The notes beneath the pieces were generated by a model. That model ran no database searches. It was given only the letters and a program-made list of their open reading frames with translations, and was not told the origin of the DNA. 12,078 bases of DNA, from UHGV virus genome UHGV-0261881; one strand, given 5' to 3'. Position 1 is the first letter of the stretch. Each line of letters starts with the position of its first letter. This DNA is from a virus. Made by a program: the position numbers and the translations under genes. This document shows positions 8,214-12,078 of the stretch, one piece after another.

Positions 8214-8768
8214 TTAAAATTCCTCTGTAACTAAATACGGGTCAAACTCGAAATCTGGTTCACTAATCGTAAGGCTGATATTGCCCACTTCCGCATGATG
8301 ATTAATTGTCTCAATAACTTTCATGCAAATAGTGGCTAAGTTAGCGCAATATTTATCGCTTGGTAATTCATAGCTAAGTCTGGTTGCTTGTCTTTGAAGA
8401 TGGCTCGTCACTGTGCTTGAGCTAATCTTATCAAGGCTTCGAAGCAAATAGAAAATCTTCCGGTGATAGTTATCCCTTCCAAAGCTGCGACAAGTGCCGA
8501 TAATTACATCTTCAATTCGTGATGGTAGTTGCTCGTAAGAATCAAAGCCCATCAAGAAAGTTTTTAAAGTATTTTCTTTTTCTTTGCGTGTTGGCATATA
8601 TCTGTCTCGTGGCGTAATGCTACGAATGACCGCTTCAATGTTCTTACGTTCGGATTTGCTAAAGGTTGGGACTTCGTAGCTGGTGGGGGTGTCTGTGTAG
8701 CTGTAACCGTTGCTTCTGTTTCTTGCTTTGCTCTCTTCAAGAAACTTTTGAAAATCTTTGTCGTTCAT
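8214..8768 (-). CDS. Hypothetical protein, 184 aa, first gene of the operon
   Basis: ATG start 43 nt downstream of a consensus-like promoter. No motif recognised. Confidence 0.6.
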   Translation of the reverse strand: MNDKDFQKFLEESKARNRSNGYSYTDTPTSYEVPTFSKSERKNIEAVIRSITPRDRYMPTRKEKENTLKTFLMGFDSYEQLPSRIEDVIIGTCRSFGRDNYHRKIFYLLRSLDKISSSTVTSHLQRQATRLSYELPSDKYCANLATICMKVIETINHHAEVGNISLTISEPDFEFDPYLVTEEF

Positions 8769-8817
8769 TCATAAGCTGGCCCTTATAATTGTTAATTTCC
8801 TGTTAACTATATATACA

Positions 8818-8846
8818 ATCTTAGCAGTTTCAAAGGCTAATGTCAA
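8818..8846 (-). promoter_or_regulatory. Sigma70-type promoter of the minus-strand four-gene operon
   Basis: Minus strand reads TTGACA (plus 8846-8841), a 17-nt spacer, then TAAGAT (plus 8823-8818). Confidence 0.6.
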
Positions 8847-8854
8847 GCATTTTT

Positions 8855-8884
8855 TTAACATTTGATTAACATTTATGGTATAAT
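8855..8884 (+). promoter_or_regulatory. Extended -10 promoter firing rightward into the ORF-poor region
   Basis: TTAACA (8855-8860), 18-nt spacer, TGgTATAAT (8876-8884). Divergent from the operon promoter. Confidence 0.55.
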
Positions 8885-8917
8885 GGTTTTATGAGAGAGG
8901 GAAAATATAAAGGCGTG

Positions 8918-8975
8918 GCTATGAGGTTTATTCGATAAACCGAATCAACTATGAGAATGGTCACATGGTTATTGC
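8918..8975 (+). repeat. Direct repeat Rep2, copy A (contains cgaatcaactatgag)
   Basis: Homologous to 10493-10592 in the same orientation (ctatgagRtt ... cgaatcaactatgag ... aatggttatt). Confidence 0.6.
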
Positions 8976-8986
8976 ATTGCACACAG

Positions 8987-9082
8987 GCCTCTTCAATCGC
9001 TCTGTAACGAGTTAAATGGCCTCTTCAGGTCAACTCATAAGGTCAGGTACTTTTTGTATCAGAATGCGATTGAGAGCGTCTT
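8987..9082 (+). repeat. Structured repeat (SIR), copy 2 (shorter), forming the leader of a small ORF
   Basis: Shares the 5' block cttcaatcGCTCTGTAACGAG and 3' block AGAATGCGATTGAGAGCGTCT with copy 1. The central part differs. Terminal 8-bp complementarity TCAATCGC / GCGATTGA. Confidence 0.7.
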
Positions 9083-9095
9083 ACAAGGAAAACTA

Positions 9096-9272
9096 ATGGT
9101 AAACCTCCCTCCTGAGCTGGGGTCACCTGATGTTTGGGCTGGTGGAGGTGTGGGTCTGATTGCAGGCCTGCTACTTCGCTACGTCCTCGTCAGAGTGCTT
9201 GTTGTCTTTAAACTGTTCGGTCGTACATGGACGCTTGACCTTAAGGATAATGACCACACAGACCCCCGTTAA
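9096..9272 (+). CDS. Putative small membrane protein, 58 aa
   Basis: ATG at 9096 with SD aagga 7 nt upstream. Translation MVNLPPELGSPDVWAGGGVGLIAGLLLRYVLVRVLVVFKLFGRTWTLDLKDNDHTDPR has one hydrophobic helix and a charged tail. Weak hairpin (CCCCT/AGGGG, 9286-9309) downstream. Confidence 0.35.
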   Translation: MVNLPPELGSPDVWAGGGVGLIAGLLLRYVLVRVLVVFKLFGRTWTLDLKDNDHTDPR

Positions 9273-9391
9273 ACCCCCTTCAAAACCCCTATACCATCTC
9301 GTACAGGGGTATCTTTAGCATTTTGTGCTATCTATTAAAAAATAGCTTGACAGAACCGGAAAGCTGTATTTATCAAGTATTCACCTCTCTG

Positions 9392-9564
9392 ACAGTGATT
9401 TCTAAAAATACTTATTTTTCAATGAGTTGTAATCACCCATATATAGAGAACTGACAAGTCTCTTCACAGAGAACTCTGTAACCTTAACAGTAATTTCTAA
9501 AAATACTTATTTTTCAATGAGTTGTAATCACCCAATATATAAGGCTGTCCAGTACCTTCACAGA
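9392..9564 (+). repeat. Tandem direct repeat, two units of ~80 bp with a 95-bp period
   Basis: Units 9392-9470 and 9487-9564 share a ~55-bp near-identical core (acagtRatttctaaaaatacttatttttcaatgagttgtaatcacccatatata) and a downstream cttcacaga. A GCTCTGTAAC-like motif lies between the units (9474-9482). Confidence 0.7.
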
Positions 9565-10375
9565 TGACTTCAAGCCTTCTTAGCTATCCACTAAGCGGGA
9601 GAAGAGCGATAACCCCAGAGAGGGAAGCTCCCTTCTAATTGGTATTGTTATGAGGATGCTTCATCCGAATCATCTACCAATCCCTAAACCGACTCTCTTA
9701 ACCAGCCCTTTACGTTATTCGTTCACAGTGTTGATAAGTGGTTTTGCCCTCTGTTTCTGTTATCATCGGGCTTACCTTATCAGGGCTTTGAAATGCCCTG
9801 TAACTCCCCTCTTAACGGGAGAGAAAGAACATAGTGACCCCAAGCGAAGCGCCCCTCTAAAAAGATTTTTTAGCTACTTTGTTTAAAAGCACATCAAACG
9901 ATACATTTTATTGATTTAGGTCAAAGACAAAAGCATTGACAAAATGGTAAGATTGTTCACATGACCTTACTTAACAGATTCTTAAGAGCTTTGAAACGGC
10001 CTATTTAACAAGGTCACTACCTACGGTTCTTCGTTTTCCTTCTTTCTAGGTAGTCATCTGTTAAGAGTTTTTCAGTCTTACTCTTAAGAATCACTGTTAA
10101 GATGATACTCTCCCCTTCGGGTTATATCGTATCTCTTCTCCCGTTAAACACCCCTTCCTAACTATCTACATAATCACTTCTAAGAATCTTACAAGGTAAT
10201 ATCCAGACCTCTTATAGTTGACCTGATACAGAAGTTTTACAGGCATACTCTCTAGGTTACTAATCGGGTGCTATCAAGGGCCACTAAACGAGAGAGGGGA
10301 TATGTGACCATAGGGGAACCCCTCCTGTTAAAAAGGCCACTTAGAAGTCTGAGACTTTAGTAAAATCTGTGAATA

Positions 10376-10492
10376 TAGCTTCTCAGGCGCTCTGTAACGC
10401 ATTCTAAGCGATTTTACCCCTTTATTTTAAGGTGGGTGGTACATCCCTATAGACTACCCCTAAAAATGGGGTTAAAACTCGCTACAGAGCTT
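10376..10492 (-). repeat. Structured repeat (SIR), copy 3, inverted relative to copies 1 and 2
   Basis: The reverse complement of 10371-10500 aligns along its length with copy 1 (blocks GCTCTGTAGCGAG, AGGGGTAG, TACCACCCACCTTAAAATAA, GCTTAGAATGCG, AGAGCGCCTGAGAAGCT). Termini are complementary (GCTCTGTAGCG / CGTTACAGAGC). Confidence 0.7.
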
Positions 10493-10592
10493 TCTATGAG
10501 ATTAGCTTCATGAAGTAATTCATTACTGAATCACCTAATCGAATCAACTATGAGGCTTGGTAAGATTGTGCAAAATCTGTACAATGGTTATT
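10493..10592 (+). repeat. Direct repeat Rep2, copy B
   Basis: See Rep2 copy A. Here it abuts SIR copy 3. Confidence 0.55.
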
Positions 10593-10850
10593 TGGCTTCT
10601 GAAAATTTTTACAAAAATCATAGTAGCCCTCTTTGAATCTCATCTTCCCCGAATCTTCAAAAATATCTGACAGATGTCTGTAGCTGCTAAGTACCCGTCA
10701 CACCAGCTATGTGACCCCCTTTGCAAAAAAGCCAAATATCTATTGACTTTCTATGTGAATTGCTATAAAGGCATCTATCTAGACCTTTAACTGTATAAAT
10801 ACACATGACAACAAACGCCCGTTAAGTGTCTATATAAAAAGGTAGCTGTA

Positions 10851-10895
10851 GCTATAGACAACAATTGTGATAATTGATTTAATGGCTATAGACAA
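10851..10895 (+). promoter_or_regulatory. Two direct GCTATAGACAA repeats upstream of the small recombinase gene (candidate operator or binding sites)
   Basis: Identical 11-mers at 10851-10861 and 10885-10895 (34-bp spacing). Related TATATAG-like motifs at 10828-10836 and 10914-10922. Confidence 0.4.
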
Positions 10896-10935
10896 GCAAG
10901 ACAGACCTTTGTTGACTATATAGAGAGATAAGAAC

Positions 10936-11505
10936 ATGCGTACATTCCTTTATGCTCGTGTATCAGTTGATGACCTCACCACACAAAACCAAGTAGAAGC
11001 TGTTAAACGTGCTGGTTATGAAGTCAAACCTTCACGAGTGATTGAGGAAGTTATTAGTGGTGCTACACCAGCTATGGACAGACCACAATTTGTAAAGCTG
11101 GTGGATAAGCTGGAAGAAGGTGATTGTCTTGTAGTGACCAAGATTGACCGCTTAGGAAGGGATAACATTGATGTACAGAAGACCGTCACAATGTTACTGG
11201 ATATGGGTGTGAAGCTAATTTGTTTAGACCTGCCTGTAAAAGACCTTTCAAGTGCTGAAGGTAAACTTATCCTTCAACTATTCAGTACCTTTGCAGAGTT
11301 TGAACTTAACCGCATCAGAGAGCGAACCAGAGAGGGCTTAGAACGAGCTAAAGCACAAGGTAAGGTGTTGGGTCGTCCTGTAGCTAAAAACACTACAGAG
11401 GCCGTTTTAGAGCATAAGGCAAAGGGATTGTCACAAAGTCAGGTTGCAAAGCTTCTGAATCTCTCTGTGAGAACGGTTAGCCGTCACTGGACAAAGACAC
11501 TGTAA
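10936..11505 (+). CDS. Small serine recombinase (resolvase/invertase family), 189 aa
   Basis: Motifs YARVS (catalytic Ser), VVTKIDRLGRD and ERTREGLERAKAQGKVLGRP, plus a C-terminal helix-turn-helix (GLSQSQVAKLLNLSVRTVSRH). ATG start. Confidence 0.88.
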   Translation: MRTFLYARVSVDDLTTQNQVEAVKRAGYEVKPSRVIEEVISGATPAMDRPQFVKLVDKLEEGDCLVVTKIDRLGRDNIDVQKTVTMLLDMGVKLICLDLPVKDLSSAEGKLILQLFSTFAEFELNRIRERTREGLERAKAQGKVLGRPVAKNTTEAVLEHKAKGLSQSQVAKLLNLSVRTVSRHWTKTL

Positions 11506-11526
11506 GAAACTTAGTAGCATCTTCAT

Positions 11527-11550
11527 AGCCTCCTTCATGGGGGCTTTTTT
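11527..11550 (+). terminator. Rho-independent terminator after the small recombinase gene
   Basis: AGCCTCC-ttcat-GGGGGCT stem (one G-U pair) followed by TTTTTT, about 22 nt after the stop. Confidence 0.6.
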
Positions 11551-11558
11551 GTATCCAC

Positions 11559-11626
11559 TCTCTAAGCGTGTCCTACGCAAAATCTCCTGAACACTTACCC
11601 ACCCTCAGAAATAACTTTCACGTAAG
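11559..11626. repeat. Diverged third copy of the promoter-like cassette (copy C), containing a TTACCCACCCT block shared with the SIR repeats
   Basis: ctctaagcgtgtcctacgcaaaatctc resembles the cassette A/B core. The loop contains ttacccaccctcagaaataa, similar to TACCCACCCTAAAATAA in SIR copy 1. 3' arm ctttcacgtaag. Confidence 0.45.
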
Positions 11627-11937
11627 AAACTGTTAAGCAGCTTGATAGTTATTCTGTGTGACCAAACATCTATATATCGTTATATAGTCCTGTATATAGC
11701 ACTTTTCTAGGAGTCGAGAGAGGGACGACTAACACGATACAGTTTACCCTGAAAAGAGACTTCACAGATTCTCTATATATTTCAATAAGTTAGGCTAAAA
11801 AGAGACTATACCGATACTGCATAGAATCTGTGTAAAACTGCTTAGATACTTGGGAAAATGCCTTTAAATTGAATAGGGATTCACCTGATATTGTCCTGTT
11901 ATTAACAGGTAGTTGAATGTACGTGTTTAGCTATGTA

Positions 11938-11947
11938 AAAGCACCAG
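11938..11947. other. attR junction (element side | host wrbA side)
   Basis: Sequence ctatgtaaAAAGCAC|cagaactttagccat: the right part is the reverse complement of the native wrbA start ATGGCTAAAGTTCTGGTGC. Confidence 0.7.
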
Positions 11948-12078
11948 AACTTTAGCCATTTCTAACCACTCCTCGTGTTATCTCTATTCCGTAGCGATTC
12001 GCTACCACTTATTTAAAGATAAGACGTCCTTTTCAGAGTGCAAATTTCACAACCACTTATTTGATTTATAACAACTTT
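11945..12078 (-). other. wrbA: Displaced native wrbA start codon (11959-11957), first codons, SD and native upstream region
   Basis: Minus strand reads gaggagtggttagaaATGGCTAAAGTTCTGGTGC..., giving MAKVLV, the native WrbA N-terminus. It is separated from the rest of wrbA (1-222) by the element. Confidence 0.8.

Larger units (their letters stand above)
223..11944. mobile_element. Integrative element (~11.7 kb) inserted in the 5' end of wrbA; serine-integrase type; satellite-like or island-like, class unassigned
   Basis: wrbA-matching sequence stops at 222 and resumes at 11945 (native start codons 1-6 at 11959-11941). Integrase gene lies next to the left junction. The interior looks more AT-rich than the wrbA flank (by eye, not computed). 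Confidence 0.8.

Noticed and set aside
9054-9095. Longer 72-aa version of the small membrane ORF starting at ATG 9054
   Set aside because: That ATG lies inside the conserved 3' block of SIR copy 2 and has no SD. The internal ATG at 9096 has one.
9420-9450. T7-like single-subunit RNA polymerase promoter (atcacccatatatagaga)
   Set aside because: Only loose resemblance to the CACTATAGGGAGA core. No phage RNA polymerase gene in the element.
9392-9564. CRISPR array
   Set aside because: Only two repeat units, ~80 bp long with a ~17-bp gap. No regular 28-37-bp repeats with spacers and no cas genes.
9650-9886. 78-aa plus-strand ORF in the ORF-poor region
   Set aside because: No SD, Pro/Leu-rich low-complexity translation, overlaps repeat motifs and hairpins. 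More likely non-coding.
7305-10492. SIR repeats as integron attC sites or retron msr-msd ncRNA
   Set aside because: No integron-type tyrosine integrase or reverse transcriptase gene in the window. Copies are too similar in sequence for typical attC sites. Kept only as a remote alternative.
223-11944. Complete lambdoid (Stx-type) prophage at wrbA
   Set aside because: Both junctions lie within 11.7 kb. No recognisable capsid, terminase, lysis or immunity (CI/Cro) genes.
1-12078. tRNA, tmRNA or rRNA genes
   Set aside because: No T-loop/acceptor-like consensus or rRNA-like conserved stretches seen by eye. A tRNA scanning tool would be needed to exclude them fully.

Overview
The window appears to capture a complete ~11.7-kb integrative element inserted in the 5' end of the enterobacterial wrbA gene, with both junctions visible. 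Left junction: wrbA codons ~6-82 run on the minus strand at 1-222, fused in frame to eight element-supplied codons plus an SD (223-262). Right junction: the displaced native wrbA start (ATGGCTAAAGTTCTGGTGC, read on the minus strand at 11959-11941) and its upstream region lie at 11941-12078. A 7-bp identity (AAAGCAC) is shared at 216-222 and 11938-11944. From left to right the element carries: a 547-aa large serine recombinase (integrase) starting 51 bp from the hybrid wrbA start and diverging from it; a minus-strand block with a 257-aa protein, a 691-aa tape-measure-like protein and three small proteins, in which two genes are preceded by copies of the same ~85-bp promoter-like cassette; a tightly coupled minus-strand four-gene operon ending in a small HNH-like nuclease, followed by a 109-aa gene; a 2.1-kb ORF-poor region dense with at least five repeat families; and a 189-aa small serine recombinase (resolvase/invertase type) with its terminator. 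The most unusual features are (i) a ~95-125-bp structured repeat present three times, two direct and one inverted, with the small recombinase beside the inverted copy, suggesting a DNA-inversion or resolution switch; (ii) an orphan tape-measure-like gene with no capsid, tail-tube or terminase genes that I can recognise; and (iii) the ORF-poor, repeat-rich region fed by a strong extended -10 promoter. No rRNA, tRNA or CRISPR array was found by eye. All functional calls rest on motif recognition and manual translation; no database search or folding was run.
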